From positions 2,365,060 through 2,429,059 of the forward strand of contig BCIN01000003.1 in assembly GCA_039545335.1 (NCBI GenBank): a stretch of DNA of 64,000 nucleotides, read 5' to 3'. The notes beneath the pieces were generated by a model. The model was given only the letters and a program-made list of their open reading frames with translations, searched no databases and was not told the DNA's origin. Numbering within the stretch: position 1 is the stretch's first letter; every line of letters starts with the position of its first letter. Shown in pieces: positions 1 to 11,894 of this stretch. This DNA is from Kondoa subrosea. Its lineage: Eukaryota. The translations under genes were made by a program, and so were the position numbers.

Positions 1-945
1 GTTTCAAGGGACCATGCGGAAACACTACTACGCTGTTTGGTGCGCAAGAGTGATTGGCTAAAGTGTCCGAATGAGCTACTAAGGAAGGCGGGTACGAAGT
101 AAAATGCCAACCTAGCGCAACGACTGGAGATACCGCCACTCCAACGTTGGACAGATCAGGCAAAGTAAGTGAGAAGGTATTGCTGGCAAACTACAAGACA
201 CAAAGATGCAGTTTAGCTCTGATCAGACATACTACTTGATCAAGACGAACAGCAGAACAGAAATCTAGCAATTCGGTGCCAGAGCTAAAAGCTGCGGTCA
301 TGGCCTCTTGTCCCACGTATTGACCAAGGAGCATACCCATGCGAGTAAAGTATTCTTTCTGTTCTTCAGGTAAATCTTTGCGGTCTATCTGCCATCCTTT
401 TACTTTGCTTACAACAATACTTATACAATGTCAACTCACGAGACTGCAGGGTCAAGATTTGTGACCACCATTCATCTCCTTTCACAGATTTAGACCAGAT
501 AAGTCTGCCTAAGGCTCGTATCGGCGTGTCAGGAATCGCTTTAGCAGCGCCTCGCTTGAGATCAGGTTCGTTTGCTTTGGCGTAGCGTTGCAAAGCAGCA
601 CATTCTAGCTTGTGTTGATCTATTTTCCAAGCTGCTTTCTGACATGATGCGGAGCAGACTGACATAGGCGTGAGTAGTGTATGCTAATATTTTTCAAGCT
701 CGGCGCTGACATTTCGAACTCTTGCAACCGCTACACTGAAAGAGCGGTTTGTCCAGATGTTGCTGATCCACACCACAATTTGAACAAAACGATCCAAGGT
801 TGATCAAATCGAATATAGCTGCATGTGGTGTAGCTTTGACTAGCACAGTGCCTTTCTTGATAGCCTTCTTGACGAAAAGGCCTCTGCCTTTATGTGCTGT
901 GTTTTTGACTTCCACAAATGATGGTAAATCGGGGTATTCGACCAT
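1..945 (-). CDS. SMYD-type SET/MYND-domain lysine methyltransferase, spliced, runs off window start
   Basis: MVEYPDLPSFVEVKNTAHKGRGLFVKKAIKKG (SET-N), then MYND CSNC...CSGCK..FCSASCQKAAW...HKLEC; downstream exons encode NTFSLTLPDLSNVGV...ANHSCAPNSVVVFP (SET NHSC motif). Confidence 0.85.
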
Positions 946-1114
946 TCCGACTCTCTGCGTTTGATAGCCAGGCAATTACCTAATTCAGGCGTTCATCGGG
1001 TGAGCAACACACGGATGTTGATGGACAATCAACCTTACTGCATGTTTCCCTCTCTCAACGCGCCTCAGCGTTGTTCTCATTCCGTCTATCGTCTCCAGCA
1101 CAGCATAAGTCGCT

Positions 1115-2413
1115 ATGTCAGCACATTCAGCTGCACCTTATACTCAAGCCAGAACTCCCTTGCGGTGCCCAGCCTTTGGAGATCTGATGCGATCTTGGGA
1201 AGCTTCTGAATTCAACGCGCAAGGATGGGCAACAATGAATCCACCAACAGAGTTGCACTCTGCACTCACTAGTCTTCTAGAAAGCAGCAAGGCTTTCTTT
1301 GCCCTACCGCTTGAGGAGAAACTGAAATACGTCAAGAAGAGTACACAAGCAGATAGCTCGGAAGAAGGTTTCAATGTTGTCAAGGGAGAGAAGGAATTCA
1401 TTACGCTTCGTACGACTGCTTCTGGACCGAAAGATTTGGTTCAAGCAGCTCAAGAGGTGTGGAAATTGGCTGGCAAGGTCTTTCATGGGATGTTGGAAGC
1501 GATCGAGGAAAGCTTGCAACTGCCCGGCGGTGCTCTTACACGTTCGAATCTCTTCTCATCCCAGTATTTACTGCTAAGTCGGGCTGCAGGGTTCTCTGAG
1601 TCGTGCATGCAATTGGATGCACAACGTCGTTCTACTATGCTTCGCCTCTTCCGCTACGAACGCAACGAGAAAGAAGCACGTATCGTCAGCGAACCACACA
1701 ATGATCTTGGCTTGCTTTCTCTGGTAGTCGGCGATGTCCCTGGACTGGACTGCTGGGACCGTGAACTGGAAGAGTCCGTCAGCTTCGCGATCTGGTACTG
1801 CTTGTTCTGATAATCTTTTCAATTAGTTGGTATCCGATTGAAGTCGCTCAAGAACGCAGCCCAACAATATCAGTTCTAGCAGGACAAGTGAGCTGCTTGC
1901 TTCTTGAGTTTCACATCTTCGCTGACTGCAGACCAGCAATTAAACCGCCTGACAAATCATCTCTATCAATCAGGCGGTCACAGGGTCGTCGCTCTTCCTC
2001 CGGCCGCGTCCACAAGCAATTCAGAAGCACTCTATCGGTATTCCATAGTCTTCATCTTACGAGCGCATTGGCCCGTCGTAATCAATACCGATGAGCTTAC
2101 TACTTCAGTCACCGGTCCTTTTTACCATCCATTGAGAAATATACCTGTTTTTGAACTCTTCAAATCCATTGTCTGTATGGCTATTTCTCAATTGAACGCT
2201 CCATTTGATTAATCATTCTAAACAGCTTCGCATTACAATGTCAATGCCAGTAAAGCAGAGCGAGAAGAACAAAGGCGAAAGCTCGAGCAGCAAAAAGCGG
2301 CAATCAGCAAGACTTTAAATCAGCATGATGTACCTAGTAGTCGACAGAGGATGCATCGATACAAGGACCTTATGCATTGTACATACTTCACTCCCTTCAT
2401 ACCATCACAATGA
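1115..2413 (+). CDS. 2-oxoglutarate/Fe(II)-dependent dioxygenase (IPNS/DIOX-like), spliced
   Basis: FFALPLEEKLKY (DIOX_N-like), LRLFRY, HxD in EPHNDLGLLSL, distal His in GGHRVV, RxS in RYSIVF; 3' end approximate. Confidence 0.85.
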
Positions 2414-2459
2414 AAGTCGTCCAAATCCATGCTCATTATCAAAGAAAGATCTTGCTATA

Positions 2460-2700
2460 GGAAACCTTCTCGAAGTACGTTCACTCTGAAACTGGAAGCC
2501 ATAGATCAGCTGAAAGCCGTTCAGGCGGATATCCCGATAATCGACTAGGGGAACTAGATGACGAAGATGGGGAGAGGATGTGAGTAGTCTGTGGGCAAGA
2601 TTTCCAGGGCCCTGATATCACTCTTCTTGGCTGCCACAGAGCTGTTTCTATTAGGGCAGAATTGACGAAGGCGCAACAGGTGCAGCTGTCTAAAATGTAA
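2460..2700 (+). pseudogene. 5'-less fragment of the HIT gene (last exons only)
   Basis: Splices to KPSRSGYPDNRLGELDDEDGERIAVSIRAELTKAQQVQLSKM*, matching the C-terminus of the intact HIT gene at 12281-13093; no upstream HIT exons. Confidence 0.85.
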
Positions 2701-4205
2701 AGATGTAATATGGAACAAATGTGTTGCAATCGCTGCTCCTGCACCTTGGGCTTTCTGTTATTGACTACTACTCTGAAAACTCGATCTGTATACCTTGCTG
2801 AATCTGAAATGCCCGTTCAATGCGCAACTTGTTTCTGAATTTCGACGCATACTTCAAGATGCCACACATGGGAAGAATCTGGCCGAGTCAAGGAAATGCT
2901 AGTAATATAATACATGTTGCTAGAGAGATACGGTAGAACACCGGAACAAGGATCAACTCGAAACAACTTCGAAAGAATGTGCGTAACAAAGTGATGCATG
3001 CATTGCAACCTGTAAGCACTCCTGCCCTGCATCAGCTGCCCAGACTTGCAAACTGTGTCTCCAAGTCTTTTGCGCAAAGAGTCGTCTAGAGTGCTTCCAA
3101 CTCCTTGACACCTAAAATTAAAGGAAAAACACCAAATGAGCACCTGGGAAAGATAGACCAAGCATACTACGCACTTATGTTTGCAGATTTTGCTCTTTTA
3201 GCCATCTTAGCTGCTGACTTAGGACCACGTTCTCCACCACCCCAGTGTCTGCGATGATCTTCGAATCTGATTGACGAAATCAACTTAGCACTGAGAGGAC
3301 GAATGAAGTAGAAGGGGCACGAACTTATCAAGGAAGTTAGCCTTTGCTGCTGAGACGAGCTTGGCTAGATCGGAATTGTCTTCAGATCGNACATCGGCGA
3401 TGGTCAATACAGCAGCGGTTTTCCTTTGACGAAAAGAGAAGCATAAGCGCGATNAAGAGCAGTGTCAGTCTGTCTAGACGCACTTGTGGACGACTGTGCC
3501 TAAACGAGCTTTGTTCTTGACTGTAAAGGCGAATTCAAGCATCANCAAAGACAACATTACAATTGATGTTGTGGTGACAAACCTATCACGTAGGGCACTC
3601 CCATCTTCCTACATAAAGCCGGCAAGAACACCACAAGCTCGATAGGGTCAACATCGTCAGCGATAACGACCAAGCTGGCCTTTTTGGCTCTATTGACGAT
3701 TTGTGTCAGATGATTGGATAAGGGCCTGAAATCGTGCCAGACTCACTCGACAAGGGCGACGCAGTGGTTCAAGCCATACTTGACGTATACTGGCTTCTTT
3801 CCATCGGGACCCTTCTTGGAGTCATCTCCTTCAGTGACAGCTTTAGCTTGAGTGTCCAAACGAGCTTTCTTTTCTTGCTTGGTCTCAGGTCTGTACTTGT
3901 TCAACAGACGGAAGAGCTGAGTAGCAGTGTTCTTGTCCAAAGTGTTTGAGAATTGGGCAATCGCAGGAGGAACCTTGAGACGCTGGTGAAGAATGACCTT
4001 CTGGCGTTGCAGACGAATGTATTCAGGCCATTTCACGAAGCGAGTCAGATCGCGGGTAGGCTGAACATCTTGGCCTGGAAGTCGTAAATCAAAATTCAGC
4101 TTAGTTGTTACAACTTGCTGAACATTGCCTCACCGATACCGTAGTTGCGAGGGCGCTTTTCGAGAAGAGGATTCTTTGCAGATTTGCTGTTCTTGCTGGT
4201 TTTTG
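2460..4205. repeat. Left arm of ~1.75-kb inverted repeat (partner 10775-12520): HIT 3' exons, spacer and most of RPL8
   Basis: Reverse complement matches 10775-12520 across exons, introns and spacer; near-identical ORF translations appear on opposite strands. Confidence 0.97.
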
Positions 4206-4523
4206 CGACAGCGAAGGGAGCTGAAGCTGGTTTCTTGCCGGAACCTTTCTTTGGCTGTGTTGAGAAGAAGGAACAAGGAATGAGATCTAATGCCTTATAA
4301 TGCCAAACAGTTCCAATGAAGAGAGGGATCATTGAGCGCAAGTCAACTTTTTCAAGATTGACCAGTCTCTAGAGAGTCTTGTCATTTCTACAAAGTGGGT
4401 AGTCGCAAGGACAGCCATCACAAAGAGATCAAAGACTCAGCCCGAACTGAAGTATTATAATAGATCGGGTTGCGGGCTTGCATTGTCGGCATAGAAATTT
4501 TGAACAGGATAGCTTACGGCCAT
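3086..4523 (-). CDS. RPL8: 60S ribosomal protein L8/L7a (eL8), intact copy
   Basis: Exon 1 ATGGCC|gtaagc at 4523-4518; [14 protein letters not shown]...[42 protein letters not shown]...[24 protein letters not shown]...HWGGG; last exon VKELEAL*. Confidence 0.97.
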
Positions 4524-4743
4524 TTTTTGTCTGCTTGCGACTCAGTCAGCTGCGTTGATAGGGTCCTACTGGTGAATTCTACCTTTTTGTCTTGGTCGAA
4601 GGGTTCCTCACGATTTCTTCTCAGGCGCAGTCGAAGTACTTTCGGTAAAATCGGCTTCACACCCGAAGTCTCACATCTTCTCCTCTCCTCTCCTCTCCTC
4701 CCTCTCTCTATCTCCCTTTTCTTTCGGCCTTTGTTCAAAGATC

Positions 4744-5134
4744 ATGCGTATGGGAAGATTGACTTCCATAGCTTACCCTATCTTCTTCTTCCCTTCTCCC
4801 TTTCCGCAGCCATGTTCGCTTGCTCGAAGTCGATCCAAGCTGGTCTACTGAGCGCGAATCTCTATCTTGCCTCCTCTGTAGCTCTATTTTACATCAATGC
4901 TTTTTGAAAGCCGATCCAGTCTACTCCAATGCATTCTCTCCTAAGACTTCCGGTGGACTGTCCTGCATCTTACACATCTGCATGCTCACGTGCTCTCTCG
5001 ACTCTCTGATTCGGAGTGACAAGACCAAACAAGCACTTTTGTGTTTTGCCGAGCAAGTTCATCTATATTGTCTTTTCGCCTCGAACCGCACTCGTTCACT
5101 TGCACAAGCCCTGATCCCCTTGTGGAAAGTATAA
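4744..5134 (+). other. Candidate spliced small ORF (86 aa, MPISILHQCFLKADPVY...) or lncRNA divergent from RPL8
   Basis: CT-rich leader at 4675-4725; intron-like segments 4748-4809, 4814-4881 and 5173-5221 with GT..AG ends and pyrimidine tracts; no recognised homology. Confidence 0.35.
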
Positions 5135-5506
5135 TCATGCGTCAAATACAAGCTCTAGCAATTTCTCAGCAGGTAAGACCTTACAAACTAATGCACTGCG
5201 ATTGGTTTCCTCTCTACACAGCCGAAAAATCGCTCATCAATGTGAAGGACTGTCTAGTTTACCTCGATGTGCTTGTTGTCGATATCAGCTCTGCGCCGAT
5301 GCAGAAGGGACTATGGGAGAAAGCTGTTCTGTGACATGGGGTGATAATCTTCCTTGCATTCATATGATATTCTTAGATACGGTGGGAGAACATTGCAATG
5401 ATAGAGCTACGACTCTGTTATCTCAAGAGTCACAAAGCGAATGAGATATCAGCGCATAATCTACGTTCAATCCAATTCGAGGCTCTCTCATTACCACACT
5501 ACCACA

Positions 5507-6331
5507 ATGGCAGACTCAGGACTGGATCTAGAGAAACTCAAGAAGCTTCAAGCTAGAACAAAGACGGGTCAGCATCATTTGCGAGTCAGGTCAAGCAAGT
5601 AAAGAGCTCATGCACTAATTCCCATATTTCATCCCTTCTCTCTCAATTTCTTGGCTATATTCTGCATTGCGCTACACGTGAATACCAATAGGAGCAAAGG
5701 GAGCACCGAGGAAGAAAGCAGTCGGTAAACCAAAAGGCTCGGGTCTCGTTGATCAGAAAGTCAGCATATTTGGAACTTTCGTCAGACGCGGGTGTTGAGC
5801 AGCTTGACAGGTCAGCACGGCATTGAAGAAGCTCAACACTCAAGCTATGCCAGCAACAGAAGAAGTCAACATGTTCCAAGATGACGGCAACGTCTTACAC
5901 TTTACAGCGCCTAAAGGTTCGTCAAGCTGTAATTTGTGCGCGCACGCAATTGCTCACTGCATTGCTGTGGAACAGTTCATGCTGCATCCGGAGCCAACAC
6001 TTTTGCCATTTATGGAGCAGCTCAAGAGAAGGAATTGACTGAATTGGTTCCAGGCATTCTGAACCAGCTAGGACCTGAGGCATTAGGCAACTTGAGGAAA
6101 CTAGCAGAGTCATACCAGTCTATGTCAGCAGGCAGCGGAGGTGCTGCAAAGCCAGCGGATGATAGTGATGAGTGAGTCATATAGTTCTTCGAATATGATA
6201 GATAAAACTGATGATGTCTGTGCAGTGATGTACCTGTACGTGTAGCGTTGAAGCGCTTGAAGCGTAGACATTGGCTGACATCTGGTCAGGATCTTGTTGA
6301 TGCTGCTCCAACAACCGATCAACTTGACTAA
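5507..6331 (+). CDS. EGD1: Nascent polypeptide-associated complex beta subunit (BTF3)
   Basis: [15 protein letters not shown]...GAKGAPRKK...[52 protein letters not shown]...DDVPDLV. Confidence 0.96.
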
Positions 6332-6595
6332 GGTAACAACTGCGTGCGCTATTTCTTACAATAGCTGATCACATTCCTTCTCGTAGCACAGCAAATTCAA
6401 GCGACGAATTAAGGCAGGTAGAAGGATGTCTCGATTGTCATACTTTGGGAACGAGTCAATGCATGAGACCATATAGCTCACTATACTGCATCTTGTTGCG
6501 CTACACGCTTTTCAGATCCGCTTGTCTCAGATTCGCACTTTTGCGATGAATCCACGCGCGTAATTTCGTTTGTTGTCTTGTCCCATCGATTCCCA

Positions 6596-8883
6596 ATGTC
6601 ACACAAACAGCTAATTCTCAAGGTATCAAGGCAGGCTACTACAGTATTGCACACGTTGCTCAGCCTGCGTGTCACAGGTATTCAGCAAGTACAGTTTGGT
6701 GTTGACTTCCTCTGCAAGGCAATGGCTCGAAGCGCTTTTAGAAACGTTTGCGGATGAAGATCCAGAGGTTATGCTGGAGCATATGGCAGGCGGATTGATG
6801 GAAGGCGCGTCTACAACATCTGAAATACCTTTCAATGTTCATATCCTGGTGTTTATAGAAAGCGGACCAATTGGCACAGATGTCCTGAATAGAGTCTACG
6901 AGAAGCTTCAAGTAGCTGACAACGGAAATGGTATGAATGGAGACGAGGACGATGAAGATTTACCAGAAGATCATCTCAAGGTCATCAGTGCTTTCGATAT
7001 GCCTCGACTCAATTATAACCAGGAAAGAAGAGCTTTTGAGAAGTTTGTTCTTAATCTGTAAACCCATCACGATGCTCAGATGCGTTGAAACAGACCACCT
7101 GAAGCTCCTTCATTGTTAGGCAAAGCGGATTCGAAAGCTACTTACATGCGCGACCGGTACAACATCATCAAACAAGTCATCCTCCGCAGTGAACACTTTT
7201 CTCCTCCTGCTTTGCCTGGTCATGACAGAAAAGAATACCTCCAGGTCAGTTCATAGACTTATGTCTTTAAAGTAATACTGACAATAGACATTGCGATCAC
7301 AGCTGACAGGCATCAAGAACCTGTTAGGAAGGCCTGGACAACGGTTCTTACTATTTGGACTGCTATCAAGAACAATAGAAGGTGCTTATTGCCTGGAAGA
7401 TCTGGACGATCGAGTAGTGCTAGATCTGTCCGAAGCTGTAGGTTCAGTATAGCGGAGTCGTGGTCTACTAAGAATGATCTAATTAGATACCTTCTGTTGG
7501 CTTATTTACAGAAGGCTCTTTTGTAATGGTTGATGGCTTCTATGGTCAAGATCAAGTCTTTGTTGTCAATGATTTAGCTCATCCTCCATCCGAAGGGAGA
7601 ACTCTTACGCGGTCAGCAAGTCTTTTGCTCGGCATCCACATGTCCTAATTATCTGCTCAATAGATCACTGTTCGGACATATCGATCATCTCGGAATAGGT
7701 CCGCTAAGTCTGGTGCAGGAGGTCAGATTAGCTGTCGTCTTTGTTATTGTTAGCTCACATCGTACACAGGAAACTTTTGCCCGTCTCGAGCAGAAACATC
7801 CGAGCTCTTTCCTTTTCCTTTCCGATTTGCATCTTAATTCGCCTAAAGTTATCGCTGCTTTTCGCTCGATTCTCAAAGGCTATGAAGAAGCACAGATACC
7901 GCCGGCTGCTTTCGTTTTATGCGGAAACTTCTCAAGTACGCCATTTCTGCTGGACGGTCGCTCGACGGCGCAATATCAAAGTCAGTACTCTTTTGCTTAA
8001 GCATGAGTGACTGCTCATCAGAATCCAATGATTGTTACAGACAACTTCAGAGCGCTGGCAGAAGTCATCGCTCAGTTCCCTCTAATCGCATCAGAATCGC
8101 ATTTCATCTTCGTTCCCGGCCCAACAGATCCATGGGATGGCACGACTTTGCCTCGATCAGCCTTACCTCTCTCCATATCGAAGCAAATGACATCTCGGAT
8201 ACCGAAAGCTATCTTTACTACTTCACCTTGTCGCATTCAATACCTTGGTCAAGAAATTGTGGTCCTGAGAGAGGATATGATGAGTAAAATGTTGAGAAAC
8301 ACGGTCTGCATCAAGAGTGAGGAAGATCGACGGAACGAAGATGTGTCCAGGAAAGAACATATTGAAGAAACAAGAACGGAGGAAAGAAGCAGAGGAGTGC
8401 CGGAAGAAGAGTTGACTTTACCTTTGAGGAGCACAGTACTGCAGGAATATGTGAGTCTTGGATCATGTGTCGGGCCTTCAAGCTCACGGTGCTGCTCAGC
8501 TTGTGCAAACCATTCTCGATCAAGCGCATCTTTGTCCGCTGCCACTTTCGGTCAAACCGGTACTATGGGAATTTGATCACTCTCTGAGGCTGTATCCAAT
8601 GCCCACAACAGTGGGTTCATTCTCTTGTGAGAATTCTTCAATGCTGACAAAGCTTTCAGCTAGTGTTGGCAGACAAAACTGCTCCGTACGAAATGACATA
8701 CGAACTTGGCAATGCTGGATCGGAAGGTCAATGTCGAGCTTTCAACCCTGGATCTTTCGCTGGTAATCGAGGTTGGACGACGTATATGACGGACAGTAGA
8801 ACTACTCAACCAAGGTAGAGTCGTTCTTTCTCGGCTTCCAAATACAATCTTATGTTTTCATCCGCAGTGAATTACCCGCATGA
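6596..8883 (+). CDS. DPB2: DNA polymerase epsilon subunit B
   Basis: [109 protein letters not shown]. Confidence 0.96.
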
Positions 8884-9158
8884 TGATACCAACTGTTACA
8901 ATGTATCCATATGTTGCTGAGTGTTGTCTTTACTGAATTGTGTCCCCCTTCTGAGCGAATGCGATGCACCTGGAGTCGCGAGTGCCTGAAAGTTTGCTTA
9001 CCTTCTGACCTCTTCTATCCTTTGCAAGCTTACGCACGCTGACAGTGCGAGTCTAAGCGATGCTCCGTCACTGTCTTGTTTTCTCTCTGCTTGGTGCGAC
9101 CGCCATGATTGACATGACAACTCGAGGAAGTCTCGCAGGCGGCTTGTCTAATAGCGCT

Positions 9159-10609
9159 ATGGTGGTTGATGCCGGTCAGTCTGGCTCTCGCAACGGCAAT
9201 CTTGCTTTACTTTGCTCCCAGGTGTTGTTGGTCTGTCCATAGCTTACGAGGTATGTGTCAGTCATACAACTTGAGATTTGTTGACGCCGATTTAGCTCCT
9301 TGAATGCTTTCCGGATATCCGCATCACAGTATTAGCAGAGAGTCTACCAAATGATGCTCCGACAGAGCTGTACGCATCGCACTGGGTGAGTCTGATATAG
9401 CTATCGAAGTCTGCTGATCTTGCGCAGGCAGGAGCTTTCGCAAATGCGTGTAATGATCCCGGTGTATCCAAGGCTATGCGCTGTAAATCTCAGAACTTGG
9501 TCTTGATTGTTCAATCAAAGCTGAAGTATCTACAGCTTACGCCCGACACACGCTTCAGCGCTGTGATGACATGATACAGCGATACGCCGATATCCCGCTA
9601 TGTCACAGAAAGGGCGTCGTGCGTACTGCATCGAAAGTAGATTCCTCTCTAATACTCATGAAAGGATATGTATGAGCATGGACTACTCAAAGAAGGCAAA
9701 GAAGCAATGCAGGGAACAAAAACAGCTTGCCGAGGTGTAAGCTCCCTTGCCTATCTACCCATTGCTACTTCGAGCCCTGTACAGTTTCAGCAAATCCCCG
9801 AAGAAGAACTGCCTCCGGGAATTGCACTAGCTTACACATTTTCGGGCATATCTTTCGACCCAGCTGCATACCTAATTTGGCTATCGGCATTCTTACAAGC
9901 AAAGGGCGTGTCTTTCCTCAAGCAAAACTTGCAGTCTCTTTCTCAAGCAGCCTCCTATGGTCACGATGTGATCTTCAATTGCAGCGGCATTGGCAGTGCA
10001 ACAATGAAGGATGTTGAAGATGCCTCTGTGACGCAAAGTCAAGCTTATCCGATTCTCGTATACGCGCCTTGGTGTCAGACAAACGTCACCAAGTTCACCA
10101 AAGAAGGTGTGGTTTGCGTCATTCCTAGAAAAGGAGGCCATGTGCATATCAACGCCGCAGGTACGGAGCTGATTGGCGATCCAAAGTTGTTCGTTCGTCC
10201 CTCCAACTTCAAATTCAGCGCCGACTCTCTTGCAGACGATTGCAAGAGATTTTGAGAAGAGGTATCGCGACCTGTGCCGACTTGCTGTCAGACGGATCGC
10301 AAACGCTCAAAGTGGAAGATCTGCAAATCGTAGAGGCAGGCTTCGCATACCTACCACAGCGCGACAATATCCGTCTGGAGTCGGAGCTAATAGGTAAGCA
10401 CCTTGCGCTCCTTTGCATGTCTGGCTAAATTTCTGAGGCAGGTTTGCACAGTGGCAAGCAGATACAGGTGATTCACAAGTGAGCCCTTCATTTCCCATAT
10501 TGTGCAGAATATCTCAAATTGATGATCGCTTCTTAGCTACGGGCATTATCGAAGCGGATTTGCAACCAGCTTCGGTTCTGCTCAGGCAGCTATCGATCTA
10601 ATGTTCTGA
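9159..10609 (+). CDS. D-amino-acid oxidase family flavoprotein, divergent
   Basis: VVDAG|VVGLSIAYE, YASHWAGA, FDPAAYLIWL, DVIFNCSGIGS, ILVYAPW, VIPR, VIHNYGH..SGF..SFGSA; start codon uncertain. Confidence 0.85.
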
Positions 10610-10671
10610 TGCAATGATTATGCTTCGAGTACATCCCGAAACTGCAGCCAAGCTATCGCCGCCAGAGCTCT

Positions 10672-10777
10672 CACCGCTTGCCCGCTTCTGGTGCGGGCAC
10701 AATATGGAAGTGTACACTGACAGCAGCACATAAACGAAAAAGATTGTCACGCGTAGGCTCATATCTACTGTGGACAA
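10672..10777 (-). pseudogene. ~105-bp HIT gene fragment (intron plus VHFHIVPAPEAGKR exon); direct repeat of 12520-12627
   Basis: caccgcttgcccgcttctggtgcgggcacaatatg... matches caccgcttgcccgcttctggagcgggcacaatatg... with scattered substitutions. Confidence 0.92.
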
Positions 10778-11894
10778 AAGACCGGCAAGAACAGCAAATC
10801 TGCAAAGAATCCTCTTCTTGAAAAGCGTCCTCGCAATTACGGTATCGGTGTGTCAATGTTCAGCAAGTTGTAACAACTAAGCTGAATTCTGATTCATGTT
10901 TACAGGCCAAGATGTCCAGCCTACCCGCGGTCTGACTCGCTTCGTGAAATGGCCTGAATACATTCGTCTGCAACGCCAGAAGGTCATTCTTCACCAGCGT
11001 CTCAAGGTTCCTCCCGCGATTGCCCAATTCTCAAACACTTTGGACAAGAACACTGCTACTCAGCTCTTCCGTCTGTTGAACAAGTACAGACCTGAGACCA
11101 AGCAAGAAAAGAAAGCTCGTTTGGACACTCAAGCTAAAGCTGTCACTGAAGGAGATGACTCCAAGAAGGGTCCCGATGGAAAGAAGCCAGTATACGTCAA
11201 GTATGGCTTGAACCACTGCGTCGCCCTTGTCGAGTGAGTCTGGCACGATTTCAGGCCCTTATCCAATCATCTGACACAAATCGTCAATAGAGCCAAAAAG
11301 GCCAGCTTGGTCGTTATCGCTGACGATGTTGACCCTATCGAGCTTGTGGTGTTCTTGCCGGCTTTATGTAGGAAGATGGGAGTGCCCTACGTGATAGGTT
11401 TGTCACCACAACATCAATTGTAATGTTGTCTTTGNTGATGCTTGAATTCGCCTTTACAGTCAAGAACAAAGCTCGTTTAGGCACAGTCGTCCACAAGTGC
11501 GTCTAGACAGACTGACACTGCTCTTNATCGCGCTTATGCTTCTCTTTTCGTCAAAGGAAAACCGCTGCTGTATTGACCATCGCCGATGTNCGATCTGAAG
11601 ACAATTCCGATCTAGCCAAGCTCGTCTCAGCAGCAAAGGCTAACTTCCTTGATAAGTTCGTGCCCCTTCTACTTCATTCGTCCTCTCAGTGCTAAGTTGA
11701 TTTCGTCAATCAGATTCGAAGATCACCGCAGACACTGGGGTGGTGGAGAACGTGGTCCTAAGTCATCAGCCAAGATGGCTAAAAGGGCTCGGAATGCGAA
11801 CATCAGTGCGTACGACAGCTTGCTCTCTCTTCCCCAGATATTCATTTGGTGTTTTTCCTTTAATTTTAGGTGTCAAGGAGTTGGAAGCACTCTA
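10775..11894 (+). pseudogene. RPL8: 5'-truncated intron-containing RPL8 duplicate
   Basis: Begins at [16 protein letters not shown]; lacks the promoter, ATG exon and first ~19 codons; remaining exons and introns retained without stops. Confidence 0.88.

Noticed and set aside
2817..3161. 114-aa ORF and its twin at 11649-12164 looked like a conserved gene pair
   Set aside because: Both lie in the duplicated arms over the last RPL8 intron, last exon and 3' spacer; the similarity is explained by the duplication
4675..4725. (CTCCT)n-like pyrimidine tract
   Set aside because: Ordinary CT-rich promoter/5'UTR low-complexity sequence, not a repeat array
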